Shown in pieces: positions 20,794-30,490 of a stretch of DNA of 64,000 nucleotides. This DNA is from Promethearchaeia archaeon (GTDB lineage: Archaea; Asgardarchaeota; Lokiarchaeia; Sigyniarchaeales; SOKP01). Both the position numbers and the translations under genes were made by a program. Numbering within the stretch: position 1 is the first letter of the stretch; every line of letters begins with the position of its first letter. The stretch spans positions 58,294-122,293 of the forward strand of contig JAWOCD010000090.1 in assembly GCA_046483985.1 (NCBI GenBank). The letters are read 5' to 3'. The notes beneath the pieces are model-generated. The model searched no databases, had not been told where the DNA came from, and saw only the letters and a list, made by a program, of their open reading frames with translations.

Positions 20794-21435
20794 ATGCCTG
20801 ATAGAAGACCGTGGCGTTGCTACCGAAAATGGAATCGACGTCCGTTTCAACATAAACGAAGTGAAAATCACAGATTAGAATATGCACGAGGAGGAAGCGA
20901 ATCCAAAATCCAACGCTTTTGGGGAGGTAATAAATTTGTTAAATGGAAAGATTGGGATCTTGTTATCGGTTTAAAAGTGGAAGAAAAGATACAAATTTCC
21001 AGTAATGCCTTAGAAGCCGTAAGAGTCTCCATTGGTAATATGGCGAATAAACGAATAGGAAGAATGAATTACCGATTACGAATCAGACCGAAACCGTGGC
21101 AAAAGTTCAGAGAGAATCGTATGTTGGCATTTGCGGGCGCGGATCGTGTTCAATCTGGCATGAGAAATTCATTCGGACGACCGTCTGGGGTTTGTGCTCG
21201 TATGAGAGCGGGACAGATTCTTGCGGAAGTGGGGCTGAAAATGGAACATCTCGATTTTTTCAAGAACAGGTTCAGAATCGCAAAAATGAAAGTGCCAAGT
21301 ACATGCCAAATAGTTGTGCTTAAATACGAGACTTTAGATAAGCTAAAACAAGCGGGCTTACCGCTATACGATGCCGAAAAAAGACAAGAGATTGACTTTT
21401 ATCAAATCATGCCCCAACAAGCGGAAGAAGTGTAA
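20794..21435 (+). CDS. rpl10e: 50S ribosomal protein uL16 (archaeal L10e type)
   Basis: RRPWRCYR, QISSNALEAVR, RENRMLAFAGADRVQSGMRNSFGRP. Confidence 0.95.
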   Translation: MPDRRPWRCYRKWNRRPFQHKRSENHRLEYARGGSESKIQRFWGGNKFVKWKDWDLVIGLKVEEKIQISSNALEAVRVSIGNMANKRIGRMNYRLRIRPKPWQKFRENRMLAFAGADRVQSGMRNSFGRPSGVCARMRAGQILAEVGLKMEHLDFFKNRFRIAKMKVPSTCQIVVLKYETLDKLKQAGLPLYDAEKRQEIDFYQIMPQQAEEV

Positions 21436-21523
21436 AACCCTTTTGTAGAAACCTTTTTTTAACACTTATTTTTGTCAAAGTACCAATTTAATAATCATTG
21501 AATATTTTTAATTATGAGTAAAT

Positions 21524-22873
21524 GTGAAAGATTTAGAGAAATTTTTCAACCCCAAGAGTATCTTAATCATTGGCGTGTCCCGCAAGGAATATACTTTTAA
21601 TTACACAATCTTGAAAAATCTATTGGAGATATTCTATCAAGGAAAGATTTATATCGTAAATCCTAATGCGGACGAAATCCTTGGCGTAAAGTCATATCAT
21701 TCCTTAGAGGAATTACCCGAAGTACCAGAATTGGCCGTGATTATGTTGGGCCAAGATATTTTAAACATTGTAGAACAGCTAGGCAAATTTGGCGTAAAAC
21801 AAATCTGCATTCAGTCTGAATTGAAAACCGGGATAAAATATGAGGAACTCATTCTTAAATTAAACACTCTCTGTAATAAATATGAGATGGCTTACTTGGG
21901 CCCCTCTATGATCGGGATTCTAAATTTTTTGGACAATTTTACTACATCGATTATTCCCGTCCGTCAATATATTGTCCGCAAAAATAAATCTGCAGATTCT
22001 GGATTGAGTTATTTGGCCCAATCTGGTGGGCTGGCTGGGGCGATGGGGTGGTGGAGACCTCCTCAAGATACTCCCATCTCAAAGGTTATCCATCTTGGAA
22101 AGAGTTCCTATATGGCCGAGGCTGATGTGATCCACTACTTTCTTTCAGATAACTCAACAAAAGTAATTTCGCTCTTTTTACGGGATATCACCCCTGATTT
22201 AGTAGATGCCGTTGAAAAAGTCGCTCCCCACAAACCTATTCTGTTTTTCTATGTGGGGAAGGATAAATCTATGGAAAGCAAATTGGAAAAGGCGGGAGGC
22301 ATTCCGGTAGAAAATTATATCGAATTGTTTGAAATTGCGAAAATCTTTCTCTGGTGTCCCGAACCGAACGGTCGCCGTTTAGGGATTATCGGTCCCTCCT
22401 CTGGAGCTATCTATTTGATTGTAAATGAAATGAGAAAACAGAATCTTTCATTAGCAAGACCTGATAAAGAATCCCAGAAAATCCTTTTGGATGAAATTGG
22501 AGGGAGTACGTGCGCATTTGGGAATCCCGTGGATTATTGGCCTCCTGACAGGTTCATCGGCACTAAAATCTGTGAAATATATAATACTTCTTCTCAAACC
22601 CTCTTAAACGATGATAATGTTGACGCGTTGATTTTAGCTTTAGAGTTTTTCATCGAAATTGAATTCGATTTCAATATATTTGAAAGAGTTAAACAAGAGT
22701 TCAAAGAAAAACCCATAATTACTATCTTAATCCAAGCCGAACAGGAAGGGGCTAAACGTGTCATTAATACCGCCTCTAAGTTAAAAATTCCCGTGTTTGA
22801 AAACGAGATAGAACGAGCTGTGAGAGGATATAGGTATCTCTTGGATTATGCTAAAAAAATAAAGAAAAAATAA
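21524..22873 (+). CDS. ADP-forming acyl-CoA synthetase alpha-like (CoA-binding) protein lacking the phospho-His loop
   Basis: FFNPKSILIIGVS, VNPNADEILG, YLGPSMIG, AQSGG, NPVD; no SHTG motif. Confidence 0.8.
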   Translation: MKDLEKFFNPKSILIIGVSRKEYTFNYTILKNLLEIFYQGKIYIVNPNADEILGVKSYHSLEELPEVPELAVIMLGQDILNIVEQLGKFGVKQICIQSELKTGIKYEELILKLNTLCNKYEMAYLGPSMIGILNFLDNFTTSIIPVRQYIVRKNKSADSGLSYLAQSGGLAGAMGWWRPPQDTPISKVIHLGKSSYMAEADVIHYFLSDNSTKVISLFLRDITPDLVDAVEKVAPHKPILFFYVGKDKSMESKLEKAGGIPVENYIELFEIAKIFLWCPEPNGRRLGIIGPSSGAIYLIVNEMRKQNLSLARPDKESQKILLDEIGGSTCAFGNPVDYWPPDRFIGTKICEIYNTSSQTLLNDDNVDALILALEFFIEIEFDFNIFERVKQEFKEKPIITILIQAEQEGAKRVINTASKLKIPVFENEIERAVRGYRYLLDYAKKIKKK

Positions 22874-22883
22874 AATTAGTGTT

Positions 22884-24125
22884 CTAAAAAATTTCGGATA
22901 ATTCTTGCGGTATCTTTGCCCTCTCATCCATCAGACTAAGAGCATAGACTTGTTCTCCACACCCACAAGGTTTGCCAACGAATAAGTAGTATTTGAACTC
23001 CTTCTTCCACGTACAGACTTTGATATCCTCGATCTCTGCGACTTCCCCACAGACACAATATATCTTATCTTTTTGGGGATAGTTGGGGATGACATCGTCA
23101 ATGTCTTTTGACGTTACTTCAAAATCGCTCTCATCCAACATCTTATTAATTTCGTCTGCTTTATTCTCTTTCAGAGTGGGTACAAAATTTTTAATTTTTC
23201 CATCCTCTGTGCGAATTTTGGTCAACACAATAAAATTGGTTTCTCCGCCTTCACTAATTTCTTGGGAGATCCCCATCTCTGCCTCCTCTTTCAATTGTTC
23301 TGGAATAGGAAATGGTTCTACATCATCGGGATAGTCAAACGTAAACACATATTGATACTTTCCTCTCGTTTTGCGTTGATTAATTAATTTTAAATTCTCA
23401 TAATCTGAGCTATGTAAGACAAATTTAATCAATTGAAGCGGTACTTCCCAATCAAGTAATTTAGTTCTCACATTAGCAAGTACATCGTTTACAAATCCTT
23501 TAATAATCAGGATATCGTCTCTATTCTTGGTATAAAATTCGTCACTGTGGGATCCTTTAAATTTATTCCATTTTTTTACCACATAGCTCCGGAGAAGGTT
23601 TGGAACCATACAGAACAGACAAACAAATGGTAATATGAAGATAGGATCGAGAAAGAACATCAGTATCGTTAATAGGCCAATCACAGGAAGAATTACAATT
23701 ATGCTCAGTCTTTTCATTTTTGTATCGACTGGTTTATCCACACCATGCTCAGCTGCTAAATCCTCTGCATTTTTTTTTAAATTCTCAACGGTGGAGAGAA
23801 TTCGTTTTTCTTCGAATCCCTTTTGTAATAGTTTATCTTCTTCGTTGCCCTTTCCGAACTTTTCTACAAGATCTTTAATCTCCTCTTGATATTCCGAAAT
23901 TTTATCATCTTTATAGATAAAGTCAAATGACTCTTCTGAAAAATAATCAAGAAATCTGGAGATAAATAACTTTTTCTCAATTTCTTCAATTTGCTCTTGG
24001 GTGAGTCCTAATGCGTCTTGAATCATTGCCGCTTGTGATTCGTTTTTAGAACTTTTTTTTTCCGTTTCTTCGTTTATTTCTGTTTTTTCCTTTTTTATTT
24101 CATCTTCTTTCTTCGTATTTTTCAT
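22884..24125 (-). CDS. Hypothetical two-TM membrane protein with C-terminal Cys cluster (zinc-ribbon-like)
   Basis: TM hairpin LSIIVILPVIGLLTILMFFLDPIFILPFVCLFCMV; YCVCG...PCGCG. Confidence 0.7.
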   Translation of the reverse strand: MKNTKKEDEIKKEKTEINEETEKKSSKNESQAAMIQDALGLTQEQIEEIEKKLFISRFLDYFSEESFDFIYKDDKISEYQEEIKDLVEKFGKGNEEDKLLQKGFEEKRILSTVENLKKNAEDLAAEHGVDKPVDTKMKRLSIIVILPVIGLLTILMFFLDPIFILPFVCLFCMVPNLLRSYVVKKWNKFKGSHSDEFYTKNRDDILIIKGFVNDVLANVRTKLLDWEVPLQLIKFVLHSSDYENLKLINQRKTRGKYQYVFTFDYPDDVEPFPIPEQLKEEAEMGISQEISEGGETNFIVLTKIRTEDGKIKNFVPTLKENKADEINKMLDESDFEVTSKDIDDVIPNYPQKDKIYCVCGEVAEIEDIKVCTWKKEFKYYLFVGKPCGCGEQVYALSLMDERAKIPQELSEIF

Positions 24126-24526
24126 GAGCAGTTATTAACCTTTAAAATATTTTCTATTATTTTTATTAAATTCAACTGCAATAAAGAAGTTTTTTATTAT
24201 TATTGTTGAAAAAGGATGCAAAGCATCATCATAGAAATTGTAATAGTAATTTTTCAAAAAACCACAATTTGCTTTATTCTTTTAAAAAATAATGATTTTT
24301 GGAGAATGAGTAAAAAAAATTATTTAGAGCTCATATTTTAATCAAATAAGTTAATCAAATGAGTTAAAAAATGAGTATAATTAAACATTTTAAAGGATAG
24401 AGTTTTCTTTTGCTATTTTGAAAAATTTTCTAATTTTCAATAAGAAACGATTAGAAAAAATTGGAAACATTAGAATTGAAAGAAAGTCAATTAAATAAGG
24501 GAGATCGGATTAGGTAAAGGAGCTTA

Positions 24527-24763
24527 CTATACCGATTGAACTTCTTTAACACCATCAACATATTTTTTCAATGCTCGCTCAATTCCTAACTTTAGGGTTT
24601 GTTGAGCATGGATACAGCCAGCACAATGTCCTTGCAGTTGCACTTTCACGGTCCCATCATCTTCAATTCCCATGAGCTGCACATCTCCACCATCACGTTG
24701 TAGATCCGGCCTAATCTTATCCAAGACCTCTTTTACTTTTTTTTTATCAACCATAATTCTCAC
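24527..24763 (-). CDS. NifU/Nfu C-terminal domain Fe-S carrier protein
   Basis: IRPDLQRDGGDV, LQGHCAGC, TLKLGIE. Confidence 0.95.
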   Translation of the reverse strand: MRIMVDKKKVKEVLDKIRPDLQRDGGDVQLMGIEDDGTVKVQLQGHCAGCIHAQQTLKLGIERALKKYVDGVKEVQSV

Positions 24764-24963
24764 TTTATTTTGTTTGATTTTATTTCTATTTACTGTTATA
24801 TTATAATTAAAGCAATTATTAAAGCATTCTTTTTATGTTTTACAAATAATTATTCAAGAGGGTTACATTTTTGAATTAACTCACTGAAATTTATTATAAT
24901 TTAAAAACTCTAAATAATTTTTCAAAATAATTACAATTATCTTAAATATTCAAATATAAAAAA

Positions 24964-25347
24964 ATGAGAACTAAAAATTTTGCAGAGGATTTATCTAAAG
25001 CACAAGACTATTTACAAGAAGAGGAATTCCAAAAAGCACTTAAAGTGCTTTATCGTCTGAGAGAAATAGAGCAAAAGGGAGATTTTGATAATTCGCTTAC
25101 GCATAAGTTATATCAACTGATCTCCAATGCTGAATCGATGCATAACCAGAAAATAATTATATCCTTCTTAGAGGACTTGAAAAAAGAACAAGACAAAGTA
25201 AATCTTGACGAACTTCAGGAGGTTGTGAATGCTAGAGAGGATATTCATATTAAAGAGGGGATCTTGGGCAGAGAGATTGAGCTCCTAATCCTTAGAGGGG
25301 TTCTCTCTGCCAAAATTCAAGGAAATGAATTAATTTTTAAAAAATGA
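24964..25347 (+). CDS. Small helical protein with a PCI-like winged-helix C-terminus
   Basis: N-terminal TPR-like helices; VNLDELQEVV...REIELLILRGVLSAKIQGNELIF. Confidence 0.55.
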   Translation: MRTKNFAEDLSKAQDYLQEEEFQKALKVLYRLREIEQKGDFDNSLTHKLYQLISNAESMHNQKIIISFLEDLKKEQDKVNLDELQEVVNAREDIHIKEGILGREIELLILRGVLSAKIQGNELIFKK

Positions 25348-25404
25348 CTTCTTTCGCAGATCGTTAAAAATAACGCACAGAAGAAGTAAAAGTAGTTTGT
25401 TGTA

Positions 25405-26244
25405 TTAAACTCTGAGGGTTATCGGTTCTATCCCTGTTTGCTTTCCGAATGAGGGGATAATCCACATATACATACAATACTTAGTATCTTTGTAAAAGGG
25501 ACGGGCAAAATTACTATGCCCTAAACTGCCAGGGAAAAATAAACCTTCTCCATCACTTAAGTCACGGCATACGGACTCTCCATCAACATTTATCATATAT
25601 TGGGAGACGGAATAATTAGGATCATCAATGCACATGATATAGACTTCTGGAAATCCAGGATGGATATGCGGATAGACCTCGGTTCTTCCACTTTCATTTT
25701 CCTCTAAGTTGACACTCGTAATGACCCCTTGTTGTAATGATTTGGGGGGAATATTTGTAAATCCTGCCATGTAATACTCATTTTTAATCGCTGTCCATAC
25801 CGTTCGAAAGGTAGCCATTTTTTCTTCGTTCCCATGTTCCCCTCTGTCGATAAACTTCTCGGCACCGTAATGCGCAACTTGAAAATCGCTTGAACCCAAT
25901 TTATCTATTGAAGAATGTACTAAACAGATTTTATGGATTTGATTGGGTCCAAGACGTCTGGTTAGTTCTAATTCGGTATCTGGGGGAAGGAAAAAGAAGT
26001 CAAAACGTTCTAACTCATATTCCATCATCTTATAGACGATGGTTGCTTCCCCCGACAGTAAACAGCCGCACACTCCCTCTTTTTCCTTCGCTGAAATTTG
26101 TAAATCATCCTCCACATAGAAATATTCCATGTTAATCCCATTCAAAGTTCTCTGAATCTTTTCTTCCGTAGGATCATTTAAATAGTAGGAATTCATCCGA
26201 TCTCGTGAGAGGGGCTCAATTTTTTCTGAATTTGCTTTACTCAT
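25405..26244 (-). CDS. Bicupin protein (IolB/KduI-like isomerase fold)
   Basis: LLSGEATI...FDFFFLPPDT; YPHIHPGFPEVY metal motif; GH near the C-terminus. Confidence 0.65.
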   Translation of the reverse strand: MSKANSEKIEPLSRDRMNSYYLNDPTEEKIQRTLNGINMEYFYVEDDLQISAKEKEGVCGCLLSGEATIVYKMMEYELERFDFFFLPPDTELELTRRLGPNQIHKICLVHSSIDKLGSSDFQVAHYGAEKFIDRGEHGNEEKMATFRTVWTAIKNEYYMAGFTNIPPKSLQQGVITSVNLEENESGRTEVYPHIHPGFPEVYIMCIDDPNYSVSQYMINVDGESVCRDLSDGEGLFFPGSLGHSNFARPFYKDTKYCMYMWIIPSFGKQTGIEPITLRV

Positions 26245-26439
26245 TTATATTTTTCTCCTTTTAGCAATGAATAAAAATGTAATTTAAATCCTGAAACTTA
26301 TATTTGTCAATAATCAATGCCAATTTAAAATATTTGTATCTATAGGATATTGAGAAAGAGCCTTTTTACGTTTTTCTCTTCAGAAGAATCAAAATCGGGG
26401 TGAAAATGTAAAGAGGCTTATTTTTAATTTATAAAGATC

Positions 26440-27627
26440 TTAAGAGATTTTGTTTTGTATTCTCACTTTCTTTTGTGAATTATCTTCAAAAATGCTCACT
26501 ATAGCATTAATCCCTTTTTGTTTTAACTTCAATTCAATTTCTTTTTCCTCGTTTTGTCTCCATTCATTATATCCGGTAAGGATTGGCTCTGTTTCAAATA
26601 GTCCTCGTTGGAGCCCAGTTAATTTTACGGTTACCCCCTCGAGATTTTCATTTGACATATTTTTTATCGAGAGGATATATTTATTCTCTTTAGCATCAAT
26701 GGAGGTAACACTAAATCGCTTTTCAAATTGCGAATTTGCACCCTCAAATAATCCTGGGGTTTGTGCTTTCCGAGCTGCGAATAAATCCAATTCTTCTTCC
26801 TTTATCTCTTTCATCTTGGCGATGGTTATGGGCACTTCTAACTCTATGGGTTTACCCCTTCTTCGCGGTCTGCCTAGAATTTTTAACGACCATCGGGAAT
26901 AATCGCCATAGCGAAATCCCCATTCTTCTTTTTCCGAAGAGGACCAGAGATAATCATGGCTCGGCTCAGCAATTTCAGGAACTTTAATCAATAAATATCC
27001 TTTCTCCGTATTATCGGTTTTTGCTTTACCTGCAATAGCAGGAGGGAGTTTTTGAACTTGACTGCAATTTTTTCCATATGCTTGACAATGACAGATTAAG
27101 TTGGCACTTTGAAGCAATCTTATTTCAATCTCTCTTAATTCTTCAGAAGTATAATTGATCTTTATCGTTTCGCCGGGTTTAAACACGTCCTTCTTGAGAT
27201 TTATTTCAAGTCCAGAAATGGATAAGGACACTGGATGCGGTTTTTTTTTCTCTTCGGAGGGTTTTGGGAGTATCGCTATTTCGTGTGCTTTTTTTATGGT
27301 AATTGCTTCGTCCGGGTTAATCGGGCTTATTTGTCGTAAAACTAAATGAACCTTATATTCCAAATCCCTTTTCTTAATGGTTGGAACTACATTTGATTTA
27401 ATTAGCATCGGACGGGTTCTAATGTAAGTTCCCGCTTCAAAATGTCCCTTGGGAAAGACTTCTTGTTTGTTAATTTGAAGCTCTTTGTCACAAGGAGGTT
27501 GTGTGATTAAACGGATACCACTCCATAATATGTCTTTGTCCTCCTCAAACTCATATTCCGCTTTAATGCCGAGTTTGTCCCCCACAAACACAGATCCGTT
27601 GTTTAAATCACTTAATTTCAGATTCAT
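26440..27627 (-). CDS. Arrestin/Vps26/SpoOM-like protein with an extra C-terminal Ig-like domain
   Basis: Arrestin-N-like FEAGTY...VVPT...LEYKVHLVL; arrestin-C-like LEINLKKDVFKPGETIKI...IEIRLLQ...IELEVPITI; third beta-rich domain at aa ~303-395. Confidence 0.65.
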   Translation of the reverse strand: MNLKLSDLNNGSVFVGDKLGIKAEYEFEEDKDILWSGIRLITQPPCDKELQINKQEVFPKGHFEAGTYIRTRPMLIKSNVVPTIKKRDLEYKVHLVLRQISPINPDEAITIKKAHEIAILPKPSEEKKKPHPVSLSISGLEINLKKDVFKPGETIKINYTSEELREIEIRLLQSANLICHCQAYGKNCSQVQKLPPAIAGKAKTDNTEKGYLLIKVPEIAEPSHDYLWSSSEKEEWGFRYGDYSRWSLKILGRPRRRGKPIELEVPITIAKMKEIKEEELDLFAARKAQTPGLFEGANSQFEKRFSVTSIDAKENKYILSIKNMSNENLEGVTVKLTGLQRGLFETEPILTGYNEWRQNEEKEIELKLKQKGINAIVSIFEDNSQKKVRIQNKIS

Positions 27628-27791
27628 TTCTCATTAATCCTATGAAAATAGATATTTGATATTGTATAATCTATGATTGATATTATATTTTAGTAATAGT
27701 AATGATAATAATAATAATTTTTTTTCTTATTTCAATAATTATGAGGGAGAATGAAGAAATAATTAAAAAGAATAATAAATTTAAAAAAAAT

Positions 27792-28700
27792 TTATTCTGA
27801 ATGTGCTGAGATAACCACGTCGGCAAATAATTTCATGTCGTTAAGTAGCGTGTTAAGCTTTTCTTGGGAATCCATATCAAACTCGCCGGACTTCATGACA
27901 AGCACGGAAATAATATATTTAAAGATATGCAATTCGATTTCTTGCCCGTCATCGTTCCGACCCTTGAAATCGGCAGAGTCCGACATAAAGATGTTCTCTC
28001 GCACAGTATTACATGCATTAATAAAGTCTCGCAAATCTCCTCTGAGGGTGAGTCCCGAACTAACTCCCTTTACGTTATGAACAATCACATTCCCGGAAAT
28101 ATCTGAGATGATAATCTTGGCGTCTATGTCCTCTAACTTTTCCTCAGCTTTTTCTACATGTTCTTTTAGTTCTGAATAGGAGCTAATAAGAATATCTCGG
28201 AAAATTGTTGCCAGCTTGTCTTGGTTGTAAATTGAGGTCAGATAATACTCAAATTCATAGTCCTTAAACATATCTAAGAATTTTTCTTTTGCCTTTTTCA
28301 CATTTGTATCTAACATTTCTTTCTCATAATCCTTAGTGTCGTACTTATGAAGAAACAGAAAAATCTTGGGTTTCTCATTGATTTTCCTGTGAGTTTTTAA
28401 AATTCCCTCAAAATATTCTTTGGCTTGCTCAAACGAGCTGGGATCATGTAAGTCAACAATAGGTATCAGAATGTCATCTCCTCTGAACAAGTCAGGCTTT
28501 TCAAGATATTCCTGTCTGTACTGTTTTTGACCTCCAAAATCGAAGATTCCGACTTGCAACCCCAGAAATGGATGCCGTCTCGTCTCATATAAAATTGTAG
28601 GACTCAAGTCCTTCGTATCTGTAGGACTTTTGCCAGCAAACGCTACAGAATAAAGAGAAGTCTTTCCACAGCCCGAAAGTCCCACTAGACTAATTTTCAT
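27792..28700 (-). CDS. Rag/Gtr-like small GTPase with C-terminal roadblock/longin-like domain
   Basis: GLSGCGKTS, SPTI, HPFLG, FDFGGQ, LHKYD (His-type G4 as in Rag/Gtr), LTSIY; C-terminal ~120 aa IIISDISGNVI. Confidence 0.85.
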   Translation of the reverse strand: MKISLVGLSGCGKTSLYSVAFAGKSPTDTKDLSPTILYETRRHPFLGLQVGIFDFGGQKQYRQEYLEKPDLFRGDDILIPIVDLHDPSSFEQAKEYFEGILKTHRKINEKPKIFLFLHKYDTKDYEKEMLDTNVKKAKEKFLDMFKDYEFEYYLTSIYNQDKLATIFRDILISSYSELKEHVEKAEEKLEDIDAKIIISDISGNVIVHNVKGVSSGLTLRGDLRDFINACNTVRENIFMSDSADFKGRNDDGQEIELHIFKYIISVLVMKSGEFDMDSQEKLNTLLNDMKLFADVVISAHSE

Positions 28701-28792
28701 TTTTAGTTTGATTTCCTCTTTATATTTTAATATCTATAATAATGTATTTCATTTATATTTTAAATTAATTTTAAATTAAAAAAATTTGATTT

Positions 28793-30262
28793 TTATTTTG
28801 GTCCAAATGATCGTGTCTTACTATAAATCTTACCGTATTCGTCGGAGACCGCTTCCAGCAATACATCGCCTTCTGAATCTTCTGCTTGATAATCAATTTC
28901 GATTGTTTCATACGGAAAGAGTTCCTTTATATTCGTAACCCACGGATTCTTTTCAAACATGTCCTCCAAGGTGACCACTCTGATTTTAACATTCTCTAGG
29001 ATAAATCCCACCGTATTTTGGATGGTAAAATGAATAATATTATCCTCCTCGTCGAATTTCTTACGTACACTTAAGGCCCTTCGTGACTCCAGTATATGTT
29101 TTGTCTTTGTATCCTCCGGTTTTGTTTCCATTCGCTCTTCTTCTTCTTCTTCTTCCATATCCCGTACGATAAAAACCTTTCTCTTTTGGATATTGTATTG
29201 AGAAACTTTTTTTAATTTTGCCAAAAAGAGCACCGAATTGAGGTTAATCTCATTGTAGGGTTTAATAGTCAGATATTCTTTTTCAGCGGCATCTTCGATA
29301 ATTTCCGTTCCAATGCCCGAGCGGGCAAACACGGTGTTTTTTTTTGCTTCGCTCCCGACCGACCCAACGGAAATATCAGCATTTTCGCAGGCCAAATCGG
29401 TACAAAAATTGCAGCTGGAGGATTTATATTTATGTAGGGATTTAATTGAATAGGATTTGACGGGATCATCATCCTCATCGTAATAAACATGGAATTTTCC
29501 CTTATTAATGTCCATTTTCTCGACCTTTTCCAAATCGACCCCATCTTTTTCAAACATGGGATATAGGGACTCCGGAGAAAATGAATCCATACAGAAAAGC
29601 CCTATTTTGAGCACATGTGCCCTCATAAAATAGCGAAGCATCCCCGCGGGGGAATTCATCATTTTATCAACAGCGTTGATATTGCACGGCGTTCCCACGA
29701 AGGCAATAGAACGGTAATCTTCCCGAATCGCTTCCATTAGCGCCTCAACCGTTTGCGAATGGCAGTAAATCGAACCCGCAGCTTTTATGGCATCGTCCTT
29801 GTTGGTTACGATTTGAGCCACGGGATACCATGGATTATCGGGATCTTTCATGGTGACAACGGCCGCATCGATCAATTTTTCATCAAATAGGTAACATAAT
29901 AAGCTTGTCACGGTTCCTCCATCTTGGTAACCGAGTACCTCGGGTATATCCGTATTAGCGACGTAACCGGTATCAAATTCTCCGATCAATTGAACCGGGT
30001 CCGTTATAGTTCTGGGGCATTGATTATAACAAATTCCGCATCCGGTACATTTGCCGACCAACCGTGGTTGTCCTTTAACATGGTCCCATTCTAAGACAGG
30101 ACAAACGGCGGCACACGTTCCGCATTCAGTACAGATCCCCGTTCTGATGACTTCTTTCATAAGTTTTCCATATGAATCTTTTTTACCCTCGAGCTTCTTT
30201 TGAATGTAGTCAAAAGAGTATTCGTATTTTGTTTCGTCTTCTTTTACTTCATTTTCCGTCAT
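28793..30262 (-). CDS. FrhB/FdhB-family (F420-interacting) protein with 2x[4Fe-4S] ferredoxin and an extra C-terminal Ig-like domain
   Basis: CTECGTCAAVCP, CTGCGICYNQCP, QDGGTVT, VGTPC, IGLFCM, CNFCTD, ADISVGSVG; poly-E linker followed by a ~96-aa beta-rich domain. Confidence 0.9.
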   Translation of the reverse strand: MTENEVKEDETKYEYSFDYIQKKLEGKKDSYGKLMKEVIRTGICTECGTCAAVCPVLEWDHVKGQPRLVGKCTGCGICYNQCPRTITDPVQLIGEFDTGYVANTDIPEVLGYQDGGTVTSLLCYLFDEKLIDAAVVTMKDPDNPWYPVAQIVTNKDDAIKAAGSIYCHSQTVEALMEAIREDYRSIAFVGTPCNINAVDKMMNSPAGMLRYFMRAHVLKIGLFCMDSFSPESLYPMFEKDGVDLEKVEKMDINKGKFHVYYDEDDDPVKSYSIKSLHKYKSSSCNFCTDLACENADISVGSVGSEAKKNTVFARSGIGTEIIEDAAEKEYLTIKPYNEINLNSVLFLAKLKKVSQYNIQKRKVFIVRDMEEEEEEERMETKPEDTKTKHILESRRALSVRKKFDEEDNIIHFTIQNTVGFILENVKIRVVTLEDMFEKNPWVTNIKELFPYETIEIDYQAEDSEGDVLLEAVSDEYGKIYSKTRSFGPK

Positions 30263-30490
30263 AATATTTTCTGATTCAATATTTGTTAGATAAATTAAAA
30301 TTAATAATTGATTACTTAATGTAATAAAATCCTCTAAAAAAATCTTTTTCTTTCATCATTATTGAGGGGGATTTTTAAGCATCCGATTCATTTTGTTCTA
30401 TTTCCCTATAATTAACCCCAAAATCCACATATAAGTACAAAAGAAATCCCAATTCGCGAAGAAAAATTAAATTACCTTTCAAAAAAATTG

